Origin: a virus
DNA: 64,000 nucleotides
Reading direction: 5' to 3' (one strand)
Virus record (IMG/VR): IMGVR_UViG_3300025769_000077
Coordinates: 1-64,000 of that record
Made by a program: the position numbers and the translations under genes. How positions within the stretch are numbered: position 1 is the first letter of the stretch; every line of letters begins with the position of its first letter. This document shows positions 1-9,416 of this stretch, piece after piece. The notes beneath the pieces were generated by a model, which did not search any database, was not told the origin of the DNA, and saw nothing but the letters and a program-made list of their open reading frames with translations.

Positions 1-31
1 CCACCAAGTGCTATCTAGTATTTTTGCGTAT

Positions 32-3000
32 TTAGTCATTATCTGTGTATTTTAGAGATTTTGTTCTTTCTTTACTACGTGGTGTGGTTAAGGTGTTATC
101 AAATATATCTAAACCGTTGTATGGGTGTTGAGGTAAAATTTTATCATCTATAACTAATACATCAGGTAAGCCAGAAATTGTACCATCATTCGTATTGCCT
201 GTAATATCCGTAAATGGTGTAGCTCCATAACCTAAATATTCTGCTTCATTGATTAAATCGCCAGTTAAATCTATTTTAACATTACGGAAAGCTCCTTGAT
301 GTTTGATTGATGCACTATAAAAACCTAGATTAATACCTGTAACAAAAGTACTCCATACAGATAAGTCAACTCCTGTATATTTAACATTAACCCATCTTCC
401 TTTATTTAAGGCATTATAAAATTCTCCCCTATTCGCAGGTGTTGTAAGTATTCCATCTATATATAAATTAGTGTAGCCATTACCTATATTAGTATTAGTA
501 CTACCTTGAGTAGCAATGCCAATAAAGTTATAACCTCCACCACTACCAACACCTCCCAGCAAACAAGTTGAAGTACCATCTAACCATACGTCAAATTCAA
601 TTATTCCACCACTAAAATCTGTTCTAGTAAATGGTATTTGTACTTTTGATGAATTATTATTCCAATACGCATATTCTCTAGGGTCAATATAAACCCCATC
701 AACAAAACAATTAAACACATCTTGCTCTCCTTGATTAAGTGTTATATCTGCTGTTGTAATTGAACCATGATTGTCTCCTACAACATCTTGAACTAAGAAT
801 GAGTTGTTGCCTGCGTATTGCCACCAATGGGTTATAACATCGTTTTTATAATACTTTATGTAGGCTATCGTTGCATCAATAGGGTCTCCTAACGTACCCC
901 CTTTATTACCAATAGTATCCAAATATGCAAAGGCGTTTGCTGTATTATTAGAAGGTAACCCATTAGATTCAAATAAGATATTGCCTTGTAAATCTTGTAT
1001 AGCTAAATAAATATTAGTAACTTGTGGTGCTGAGGATACACTCTCAACTGTCCATTCCCATATAGCAATAAATGGTTCTGTTCTACTAGCTAATCCTAAT
1101 CCACAATCTACTTGATAAATACTACTTCCATTATGCCAAGCTATTACATCACCGAATTGAAATCCAAAAGCTCTGTTCGCCGATAGGCTATTTCCCATAA
1201 TCATACGAGATGAATTATAGTCTATAATAAGTGCTTCAAATCTATTGGTTTGCCCGCCTACATTTCCGTAGTCGTTTCTAACATCAATAGGAGTAAACAT
1301 TGCATAATCCCCATTATTTGTGTCAAATGCAGGAAACCCTTTATCGCTATGATTGTAACTGATAGGAATTAATAGTCTATCTTTTACTACATTTCCGTTA
1401 GCATCTGTTGTATCTCTGTAAAGTTCTTCGTTTGATTCTAAAGCTGTGTCTAGCGTTCTAAAGACTGGGCTTGTGAGTTTTATATCAGATGGTAGGTAAA
1501 CTCCGCTAGGGTTAGTAAGGGTATTAGCGAATATGTCTAAACCGTTGTTGAGTAGGTTGGCAGGAATAACAATCTTTTCTAACCCTACAGGTGTTAGGTT
1601 ATCAGTACCCTGTGTATCCTCCCATGTGTCATTTATACCCGAAGGTGAAATCCAATGTCCTGTTAAGTTACCGCTTGATGTGTAGTCACCAATGTTACTC
1701 GCAAAAGAGTGTTTCAACCCTGCTGTATGTAAAGCAATTAATTCTGACTCTGTAAGTAATGAGTTAAACTTAGCTGCTTGGTATATACTTCCATCTAGCT
1801 CTCTATCAGTATATATAAACCCACTACCTAGTTTAAATGTATTGGTATTGGTTATAGAGTTTCCGTCTTGAGCTGAAATGTCTTTACCAGTGGATGAATG
1901 AACTGTACCATTAGGGGTAACGATTTTAGCAGTTAAATTACCACTTCTATCAAAAGTAGTAGCAGCTAACACCCATTGACCTAGATAGTCATTGTCTAAG
2001 TCCACACCCGTGTCATTATCTGTAGGGTATCTAGTTCCATTGTATACCATTTCACCACGTAATGCTCCGTTGGTTAGATACATGAAGTACCCATATTGAT
2101 TACCAGCTCCTATTGAACCCTTACCTATTATAACTTGGTCGTCTCCAATACTAGATTCAGCACTGTCTCTAATTACTCTTACCCACGATAAGAGTGTAAA
2201 ATCTCCTGTTGTTTCGTCTTGAATGGTATTATTAGCAGCAGCAACTTGCCCACCATCTCTAAAATAGAGAGATTCACTATATCCATCTTTCAATCTACTG
2301 CTGTAAACATCTTGAGTGCCTTGATTAGCGGTTATATTACTTGTGGTTATAGTAGCATGGTTCTTATTAGCTGTTCTATCCCAAATAATAAGAGAGTTGT
2401 TACCTAAGTATTCCCAATGATTGGTTAATACATCATCAACATAAAATTTAATCCAAGGGATATTACCTGTTATGAATCTAGTAGGTGTGGTTGTGTTACT
2501 AGCAAACATCATATTGATGATTGTACCACCACATAACTCTCCTGAAGAAGTGTCTGAAGCTAGTTCATTACCGTCTAAGTCGTAAATGTAAGCTTCAATA
2601 TCAAATGCCGTAATTGATGAACTAGTTCCTGTGAAGTTATGGAGTTTATATTTAACCCTAAAGTTAGATACATCTGATAAGTCAAGAGTAGTATCCACCT
2701 GATATGGTGTATCATTTAATCTTACATACCAACTGTTTGAGTTTAATCCAATTATAAAGTTATCACTAGCTTGGTTTCCAAGAATTGTCCCCGTAGACGC
2801 ATTAGTATAATTAAGTTGTAGCCACTCTATAATATACTCTTCTTCGGCTAAGAACTCATATTGAGACATAGTAGCGTAATCAGTAGAAGTTCCTTTATAA
2901 GCAGGTTCTTGATAAGGAGTTAAAGGAAAGTCTTTTCTGCCTGTGTGGGTTAAAGGTCTGTTAAATATTACATCTGTCACTCCATTACTAGGGCTGTACT

Positions 3001-4468
3001 GCTTTTTCCAAAAATCTTCAATATCGTCAACTGTAATAGCAAGATTAGTTCCTTCATTATTAGTTAGTGTAGTTCCGCTACCATCACTAAACGGAATATC
3101 TGCTATAAGACTAGGTAAAGTTTCTTGTGCCAAAGCAGCATTAACATTTGCAGTACTATATTCACCTAATTGAAATTGTGTAACTGACACTTGTCCTTCC
3201 GTAAATGAAAAAGTGTTAGTTGCATACCCACCAAATGATGTTAATTTACTTGTACTAGTCCAATCTATCTCACTGAAGGTAAGTGTTGGATTTCCACTAA
3301 CTCCATTTAAGGAATAGTTAAGGTCTGTGCCATTCTTGTAAATAACCACATGATTCCATTTCTTAGATTGAAGCACCGTTCCTATTGGTATAGTTTCAGT
3401 TCCACCCCCAATTTTTCTAAACACTATAACTAAACTATTACTTGTATTGGTTTGAATAAAATACCCTGACTGTCCTAAAGTTGCTCTGGTTTGTGCTTGA
3501 ATACCACATATACCCTGCGTAACTCCATCACTGCCATCTTTTCTAAAATAAAAACACAGAACAAAGTCGTCAATTTCTAAATCTGAAACATCAGCAGACG
3601 CGACATTATTTGCATTTTGATTAAAATAACCATAATCTACATCACTAAACCCAACAACATCACCGCTATTAGGCAACAATGGAGCATCTTCTTGTTCTAC
3701 TCTTACTGCATTAATGTTTGATGTGGTTATTGTTCCTTCTGTTCCATCACTAGCATATACAGTTAAACCTGCACCTTCTTCAAAGAGATACTCTGTAGTA
3801 GGAGTTATTTGAACATCAGCATTTTTATAAATAGCTAGTTGTTCTTCTGCTGTAAGAGCATCACCTAAGAATTGTTTTACATTCTTCCAATAGCAATCTG
3901 CTATACCATAACTATCATTTGCCAATCTTAAATTTTGACCATTAGTGCATGGCACATAATCTACACCTGTATTACCTGTTGCTATTTGAACACCATCTCT
4001 AAATACAGTTACATCTCTTAATCCTGTACCACTAAAAGTTATACCATATAGATGCCATTCGTCTAATACTCGCCAGTCTGAGCCAAAATTTATTGAACCC
4101 CCTGCTTGAAATCCAAAATAAACATTACCACCTGCTGGTGAGTACATGTAGTATCCTTCTGAAGGTGCTATACTCGGATTTCTCTTTTGAACTATATAAT
4201 GGTTGTGAGAAACACTATTAAACTTAGCCCAAAATAGTAAAGTGTACCCTGTAGATATTCCTGCTTCTGTTAGAGTTATTTCATCTGTACCGCCTTGATT
4301 AGTTTTAAGACATCTCTTCCACAAATAAGGTCTGTCTGCTTGTCTTGGAATATCTTGTTCAGGTATTAAGGTAGTAGTATTTTCTTCAATTGCTTGTTTA
4401 TTAACTAAATATCTTAAATAACCATTTCTGTTCCATGCAAATTGTCCTCCTTGTCCTTTAAGTAACAT
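32..4468 (-). CDS. Large tail fibre / receptor-binding protein with tandem LamG/concanavalin-like modules
   Basis: 1478 aa, beta-rich; LamG-like motifs (WHLYGITF, WNHVVIYK, FTLLSWVR); internal duplicated module (HWEYLGNNSLIIWD..HATITT vs HWWQYAGNNSFLVQD..HGSITT); lies in tail module. Confidence 0.7.
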   Translation of the reverse strand: MLLKGQGGQFAWNRNGYLRYLVNKQAIEENTTTLIPEQDIPRQADRPYLWKRCLKTNQGGTDEITLTEAGISTGYTLLFWAKFNSVSHNHYIVQKRNPSIAPSEGYYMYSPAGGNVYFGFQAGGSINFGSDWRVLDEWHLYGITFSGTGLRDVTVFRDGVQIATGNTGVDYVPCTNGQNLRLANDSYGIADCYWKNVKQFLGDALTAEEQLAIYKNADVQITPTTEYLFEEGAGLTVYASDGTEGTITTSNINAVRVEQEDAPLLPNSGDVVGFSDVDYGYFNQNANNVASADVSDLEIDDFVLCFYFRKDGSDGVTQGICGIQAQTRATLGQSGYFIQTNTSNSLVIVFRKIGGGTETIPIGTVLQSKKWNHVVIYKNGTDLNYSLNGVSGNPTLTFSEIDWTSTSKLTSFGGYATNTFSFTEGQVSVTQFQLGEYSTANVNAALAQETLPSLIADIPFSDGSGTTLTNNEGTNLAITVDDIEDFWKKQYSPSNGVTDVIFNRPLTHTGRKDFPLTPYQEPAYKGTSTDYATMSQYEFLAEEEYIIEWLQLNYTNASTGTILGNQASDNFIIGLNSNSWYVRLNDTPYQVDTTLDLSDVSNFRVKYKLHNFTGTSSSITAFDIEAYIYDLDGNELASDTSSGELCGGTIINMMFASNTTTPTRFITGNIPWIKFYVDDVLTNHWEYLGNNSLIIWDRTANKNHATITTSNITANQGTQDVYSSRLKDGYSESLYFRDGGQVAAANNTIQDETTGDFTLLSWVRVIRDSAESSIGDDQVIIGKGSIGAGNQYGYFMYLTNGALRGEMVYNGTRYPTDNDTGVDLDNDYLGQWVLAATTFDRSGNLTAKIVTPNGTVHSSTGKDISAQDGNSITNTNTFKLGSGFIYTDRELDGSIYQAAKFNSLLTESELIALHTAGLKHSFASNIGDYTSSGNLTGHWISPSGINDTWEDTQGTDNLTPVGLEKIVIPANLLNNGLDIFANTLTNPSGVYLPSDIKLTSPVFRTLDTALESNEELYRDTTDANGNVVKDRLLIPISYNHSDKGFPAFDTNNGDYAMFTPIDVRNDYGNVGGQTNRFEALIIDYNSSRMIMGNSLSANRAFGFQFGDVIAWHNGSSIYQVDCGLGLASRTEPFIAIWEWTVESVSSAPQVTNIYLAIQDLQGNILFESNGLPSNNTANAFAYLDTIGNKGGTLGDPIDATIAYIKYYKNDVITHWWQYAGNNSFLVQDVVGDNHGSITTADITLNQGEQDVFNCFVDGVYIDPREYAYWNNNSSKVQIPFTRTDFSGGIIEFDVWLDGTSTCLLGGVGSGGGYNFIGIATQGSTNTNIGNGYTNLYIDGILTTPANRGEFYNALNKGRWVNVKYTGVDLSVWSTFVTGINLGFYSASIKHQGAFRNVKIDLTGDLINEAEYLGYGATPFTDITGNTNDGTISGLPDVLVIDDKILPQHPYNGLDIFDNTLTTPRSKERTKSLKYTDND

Positions 4469-5004
4469 TAGAATTCTATTACGTTAATTCTCCATGTAGT
4501 TCCGTTGTACCAAGCTACTACTGAATACGAAGTAGTTTCTGTTCCTGAACCTGGTAGTACAACACCATTGTTAGTACTATTAATCCAGTCTGATTGTATC
4601 TTAGGTGTTCCTACACCTGAGAATATTAACTCATGATTTTGTTCTCCTGATGCAACATCTACATCAATAAATAACTGAGAACCATTTACAGCATTAGATA
4701 CTGTAACTGTTCTATTAGCTGTTAAAGAACTAAAATGAAAGTTTTTAGTATAACCAAAATTAGTAAAATCATGAGATGTGTTGGTATCAAGTATTTCTTC
4801 AAACTCTTGATTCCATTTTAGATTAACTTGTTCAATTGTATAAGTAGAATAAACAAGGGATGTCCAAGCAGTTGAACCATCCCCTATTTTTATCTTACCA
4901 GTGTCAGACTCATGACCCATTTCTCCTGTCTTAAGAGTAGGGTCTTCTGAAGTCCAATTAACTGCAGTATCTGTTCTAATTATTAATTGTCTAGTTAAAC
5001 TCAT
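4468..5004 (-). CDS. Tail fibre protein with Mtd_N/hyaluronidase-N-type anchor domain
   Basis: N-terminus RTDTAVNWTSEDPTLKTGEMGHESDTGKIKIGDGSTAWTSL is the typical Mtd_N pattern. Confidence 0.75.
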   Translation of the reverse strand: MSLTRQLIIRTDTAVNWTSEDPTLKTGEMGHESDTGKIKIGDGSTAWTSLVYSTYTIEQVNLKWNQEFEEILDTNTSHDFTNFGYTKNFHFSSLTANRTVTVSNAVNGSQLFIDVDVASGEQNHELIFSGVGTPKIQSDWINSTNNGVVLPGSGTETTSYSVVAWYNGTTWRINVIEF

Positions 5005-6503
5005 TATGGTATTGGTACTCCGTTAGCATCAAAGTTTGTAGAAGCTGAACCTCCGGATATACCTGTGTTTAGGGTTAATGATGAAAATGAAGCTTGAATA
5101 CGAGCATCTATTTCTTCTGCAGATAATGTTTTTTCTGGATAATCAGGAGTTGATCCTGCTGCATTACCAATAGTGTCGTCTATATTTCCATTACCGGTGT
5201 CAGTGGTTCCTAACTTTAAGTAATCAGTAGTAGAGTCTAAAGTATGGATACCTCCAGTATCATTGTCTGTTATCTTTCTATATACATCAGTTACTGCTAC
5301 AATTAAGTCTACTGTACAATCTTCTCCACCATTTTTAATAAAAGTAGTTTGTCCTGTAACACCTGAAAATGTATCACTTGGATTATATGTTACAGAATTG
5401 TATTCTATTGTATCAGTACCTTGAACAAGGTATAATTCATTTTCAAGAATAGTACTTACTGCTGCAGATTTAACTCTATTGTAAGAGTTATAAATAATTT
5501 GACCTGCTTTAAATCTACTTACTCCGTCATATTCATCAGTCATATGACCTCTTGCAATAGATTGAACATCAGTAGTAAACTGACCTGAGTCAGAATCTGC
5601 ATATAATGGTGTAGTAGGTTCTGTTTGATAAGCCGGTGTAATTAATACGAAAGCTGAACCATTCCAAGCTATAAATGCAGTATTTACAATTGGAGCAGTT
5701 CTTCCATCGATTGAATCAATAGTTTTATTAGCTTTAGGTACAGCAGTACCTCCTGCATCTGCAGTACCGTTTACGGTAACTTGAATTTCTGCTACAAGAA
5801 CTTCGTGTACAGAAGAACCTGCATCTGTTACTGTATCATTAGCTGCAATAGCTGCTTTAATAGCTGCTGAGTTAGTAGCCCAATCATCTACAACAACACC
5901 AATATCGATTAAATCTTGTTCTACAAGTGCAGAAGCATCTGCTCCATTAGCACTATCCATTGATATAATTAGAGCAAGTTTTGTGTTTGCTAAAGCTATT
6001 GCAGTTGGATTGTAACAGTTTTCTACTAAATATAAATCTCCTACAGAAGCATTAGATCTAAGAGTAGCATCTAACAAGTCAGGGTTATCACCTACTTGAT
6101 AAGATTCTAGTCTCATATCTACTGTATCTTTAATAGTAGTAGTACTAGTGTTTACAGACAAATCTAACCAATCGTTTATATTAGAAGTTTCTCCGGAAGC
6201 AATAGATCCACCTTGTCCGTTAGGAAGGACTTTCATGTATTGCTTAATCACAAGTTCTGATACATCAAAAGATGTACTTGCAATTGCGTTAGAATTACTA
6301 TCTTGTGTTAAACCACTTGAGTTAAGTACAGTTACTACCATACCTATATATGTCTTAGGTAAACTCCTAAGAGCTTCAAGATCTGCTACAACTGTTCTTG
6401 CATCAGAAGGTTTCTCTGTATCATGGTTAAATATGATAGGTACTGCTTCTGATTGAGAGCTTTGTAGAAAATCGTATTCTATTCCTTTAATTATAGTTGC
6501 CAT
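5004..6503 (-). CDS. Putative tail/fibre structural protein
   Basis: 499 aa, Thr/Asp/Ala-rich, in tail module; ends GISGGSASTNF. Confidence 0.5.
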   Translation of the reverse strand: MATIIKGIEYDFLQSSQSEAVPIIFNHDTEKPSDARTVVADLEALRSLPKTYIGMVVTVLNSSGLTQDSNSNAIASTSFDVSELVIKQYMKVLPNGQGGSIASGETSNINDWLDLSVNTSTTTIKDTVDMRLESYQVGDNPDLLDATLRSNASVGDLYLVENCYNPTAIALANTKLALIISMDSANGADASALVEQDLIDIGVVVDDWATNSAAIKAAIAANDTVTDAGSSVHEVLVAEIQVTVNGTADAGGTAVPKANKTIDSIDGRTAPIVNTAFIAWNGSAFVLITPAYQTEPTTPLYADSDSGQFTTDVQSIARGHMTDEYDGVSRFKAGQIIYNSYNRVKSAAVSTILENELYLVQGTDTIEYNSVTYNPSDTFSGVTGQTTFIKNGGEDCTVDLIVAVTDVYRKITDNDTGGIHTLDSTTDYLKLGTTDTGNGNIDDTIGNAAGSTPDYPEKTLSAEEIDARIQASFSSLTLNTGISGGSASTNFDANGVPIP

Positions 6504-7555
6504 TAGAAAAATATTTTATATGATGTGTTAGCTGTAACTGTTGATTTACCTATGATAAAACCATATTCTACACTGTTAATGATAGCTCTATCTGAGCTTA
6601 CATTGTACTGGTCAAAAGCAGAAGTAAATCCACCTTTTGAATATCCGTTATAAGCAAGACCTAAACCTGTTATAGCATTTTTAAATGAACCGGTAATAGG
6701 AAACGCTAATCCCCAATAAAAAGGAGTAGCTGCAGAGTTAACTGTATATATCTTATCTCCTTTGTATCTTACTTCTTTAGAACCATTTGCTACTATATCA
6801 GTACCTCTGTCAGTTTCTGATTTAGCTAAGAACGTAGCTCTATCTGCTTGAGTTATTGTAAATACATAGTGAGGATGTACAAAGTCTACATTTTTAGTAT
6901 TAGTTGTAGTTTCTACACTATCTGTTACTTCTCCTCTAAAACTATGTCTGTAGTAATCATTACTAAGAGTTACACCATTTGCGTTATACGTAATACTTTG
7001 TACTGGAGTAACTACAGGTGAAAAAGGTGCAACAGAAGCAACTGTAATATCAGCTGCTGTGTTTACATTTAGTATCTTAGATTGAGTAATAGGATCCCTT
7101 CCTGCAGTTGCTGTAAGAGTAGCAATTATATTTTGTGTAGTTCCTACTTCAACAGGATTACTTACATTTAAAGATAATGATGCTCCTGGAGGAGAATAAG
7201 GATACCATAACTCCATTACAGCTTCCCATAATGTAGCAAATGTAGGAGAATTACCTACAGATGTTAAGTTAGTTATACCTGCGTACCTACCTTTACCGGT
7301 AAGATCTACTCCATTTTTTCTTGGACCAATTCCAAATGAAGGACCTATTGGAGGTAGTTGGTGAGCATAGGTAGCACCATCTCCTATAACGAGATATCTA
7401 TTAACCCTAGTATCATTAGCGTCAGGAGAGTAACCAAATTCATCTGTTGTGATTGTTATGATAGCTGGTTCTCCATCACTAAGAACTGTATTGTTTGAAG
7501 AATAGTTACCTTTAGTATCTTTCCTTAAAACTATTTGTCTTATTTGATTTGCCAT
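6503..7555 (-). CDS. Tail fibre protein with Mtd_N-like N-terminus
   Basis: RQIVLRKDT..VLSDGEPA..LVIGDG resembles the N-terminus of 4468..5004; Ig-like beta region follows. Confidence 0.6.
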   Translation of the reverse strand: MANQIRQIVLRKDTKGNYSSNNTVLSDGEPAIITITTDEFGYSPDANDTRVNRYLVIGDGATYAHQLPPIGPSFGIGPRKNGVDLTGKGRYAGITNLTSVGNSPTFATLWEAVMELWYPYSPPGASLSLNVSNPVEVGTTQNIIATLTATAGRDPITQSKILNVNTAADITVASVAPFSPVVTPVQSITYNANGVTLSNDYYRHSFRGEVTDSVETTTNTKNVDFVHPHYVFTITQADRATFLAKSETDRGTDIVANGSKEVRYKGDKIYTVNSAATPFYWGLAFPITGSFKNAITGLGLAYNGYSKGGFTSAFDQYNVSSDRAIINSVEYGFIIGKSTVTANTSYKIFF

Positions 7556-7559
7556 ATTA

Positions 7560-7567
7560 CAAAATTA
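7560..7567 (-). promoter_or_regulatory. Bacteroidota -7 promoter element TAATTTTG, 4 nt before ATG
   Basis: Minus-strand TAATTTTG-TAAT-ATG. Confidence 0.6.
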
Positions 7568-7568
7568 A

Positions 7569-8804
7569 TTAAAATGTGGTAGATGCACCACCACCAATTA
7601 TACGATTTACTTTTAAATTCTTTATTATACCATTTTTAACTGTAAGTATTTCATCTTCACCTATAGTTAAAATCTTTACATTACCATTCTCATCAGCTAC
7701 TTTTACCTGATTAGGACCATTAAATGTAGCATCATTTTGAGATGAAAGTACAGATTGTATAAGAGCTGTTATTTGAGATGTAGTCAGATGTATGTCTGAA
7801 TTATCTAAATGCGCTCTTAAATTAGCAGCAGTAACTTCATTAACTGTTCCTTGTGCTAACTTAATATCTGTGTTTTGTTCATGATCAGAACCAGTACCGG
7901 TTCCACATGATACTTCTGGATAACCTCCGTTATACACATCATCAGTAGGTGTACTTACACTTAGTTCTGATGTATATTCTTTATCTTTATATTCTTCTAT
8001 AGAATCGATTACTTTCTGTAATTCTACAGTAGTTAAGTAGTTTAGTTGAGTTAGAATAGTATCAGCACTTGTTAGTACATTTAAGTTTTGTGTACTATTT
8101 GTAGCTGTAATGTTCTCTACTATATTAGAATATACGTATACATTTGAACCTCTTACTATAGAGTTTTCTATTTGTAAACCTAAGTTATAAACTCTTTGTT
8201 CATTTGTAAATTCTAAATCCCCTGTTACCGGATTAGAAGAATAAAACTTTAATGTATAGTTTCCATATTCATTATCAGAGTACGTATTAGCAACAATTGT
8301 ATAGGTTCCAGCACTTAATGTAGTTTCAATTAAAGAATCTCTATCTCCACCATCGTCATCACTTGAATCTATTTCTGTATTAGATGCATTTAATAAATGT
8401 AGATAAGCATCTACGTTTTCTGATGTGTCTAAGAAAATAGAAACAGAAGACTCTTCTGCAATTGTAAAAGTATATCTATTAGAAGCAGGTACTCCTGGTA
8501 TATCATTTCTACCTGCAGTGTTATTAAATGATCCTGATGTTATATCTGTATAGAAGTTAGTTGAACCTACAGTTATAATATCAGACTTAGAACATGTTAC
8601 TTTATGAAGTGTTTTAGGTTCTACTTTATAAGGAGTGTAATTAGAAAGTATTCTTTTACATCCTTTTAATACATTGAGATTACGTTTTAATTGAAGTTGA
8701 CGTTTAGTACCATAAGATAAAGAGTTAACAAGGTCAGTTGTTATCTCTTTTATATAGCTATTACAGTTTGTAATAGCTGTATTTATGTCACTTTGGTATA
8801 GCAT
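7569..8804 (-). CDS. Tail hub-like protein with inserted PPC (pre-peptidase C-terminal)-like domain
   Basis: YTFTI..DAYLHLLNASNTEIDSSDDDGGDRDSLIETTLSAGTYTIVANTY is PPC-like; ends IIGGGASTTF. Confidence 0.55.
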   Translation of the reverse strand: MLYQSDINTAITNCNSYIKEITTDLVNSLSYGTKRQLQLKRNLNVLKGCKRILSNYTPYKVEPKTLHKVTCSKSDIITVGSTNFYTDITSGSFNNTAGRNDIPGVPASNRYTFTIAEESSVSIFLDTSENVDAYLHLLNASNTEIDSSDDDGGDRDSLIETTLSAGTYTIVANTYSDNEYGNYTLKFYSSNPVTGDLEFTNEQRVYNLGLQIENSIVRGSNVYVYSNIVENITATNSTQNLNVLTSADTILTQLNYLTTVELQKVIDSIEEYKDKEYTSELSVSTPTDDVYNGGYPEVSCGTGTGSDHEQNTDIKLAQGTVNEVTAANLRAHLDNSDIHLTTSQITALIQSVLSSQNDATFNGPNQVKVADENGNVKILTIGEDEILTVKNGIIKNLKVNRIIGGGASTTF

Positions 8805-9352
8805 TATTCAAATTCAATTATTCTTTGTAATTTAGCTATAATAGCTGATGTATTATTTTGATCACCTAATGCAGCTAATGATTCTAAACCTTGCCATAAT
8901 CCTTCTGCTACGTTACAATCATCTACCCAATGAGCTAAGTCAAAAGAGTTTATCTTATCTTCTATTTTAGCAAACATTTTATCAATACCTTCTCTAATAG
9001 AAGGAGCTATAACATAATAACTATATGCAGAGAAATAAGTAAGAGTAGATGTTTCTACTTTATATCTTACCTTATAAACATCTTGGTTACCGGTTAATAC
9101 TAAAGGTGTATGATTAAATTCACCATTGTAATAAGAAGGATAAGCTGAAGGAAATGAGTTAGTCAAGTCAACTATTGTAAGAGTTCCTTGAGAGTCTATC
9201 ATTTCAATAGAAGCTTTTGTAACATCTGTCAGTTCATCATTAGGTGAACCATATCCTCCTGTGTTACTAGAAGAATAAACACCGGTTTTATCCGATATGA
9301 CATATGTTTTATCTTGTTTTACTTCTAATGTAAATTTAGGTATTAGTGCCAT
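8804..9352 (-). CDS. crAss-type tail (hub-like) structural protein; probable start MALIPKF at 9352
   Basis: D.TGVYS..NTGGYGSPN motif; ORF-track start 9382 lies inside a terminator; promoter 4 nt before ATG 9352. Confidence 0.5.
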   Translation of the reverse strand: MALIPKFTLEVKQDKTYVISDKTGVYSSSNTGGYGSPNDELTDVTKASIEMIDSQGTLTIVDLTNSFPSAYPSYYNGEFNHTPLVLTGNQDVYKVRYKVETSTLTYFSAYSYYVIAPSIREGIDKMFAKIEDKINSFDLAHWVDDCNVAEGLWQGLESLAALGDQNNTSAIIAKLQRIIEFE

Positions 9353-9356
9353 AGTA

Positions 9357-9364
9357 CAAATATA
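9357..9364 (-). promoter_or_regulatory. Bacteroidota -7 promoter element TATATTTG, 4 nt before ATG
   Basis: Minus-strand TATATTTG-TACT-ATG just after a terminator. Confidence 0.65.
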
Positions 9365-9368
9365 AAAC

Positions 9369-9396
9369 AAAAAAGGGAGCAATAGCTCCCCTTTTT
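9369..9396. terminator. Intrinsic terminator (bidirectional)
   Basis: GGGAGC/GCTCCC hairpin flanked by A and T tracts. Confidence 0.8.
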
Positions 9397-9416
9397 ATTT
9401 TTGTTTAATGTTTACA

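Noticed and set aside
4468-7555. Diversity-generating retroelement suggested by Mtd_N domains
   Set aside because: No reverse transcriptase or TR/VR pair seen in the window; Mtd_N is only an anchor domain
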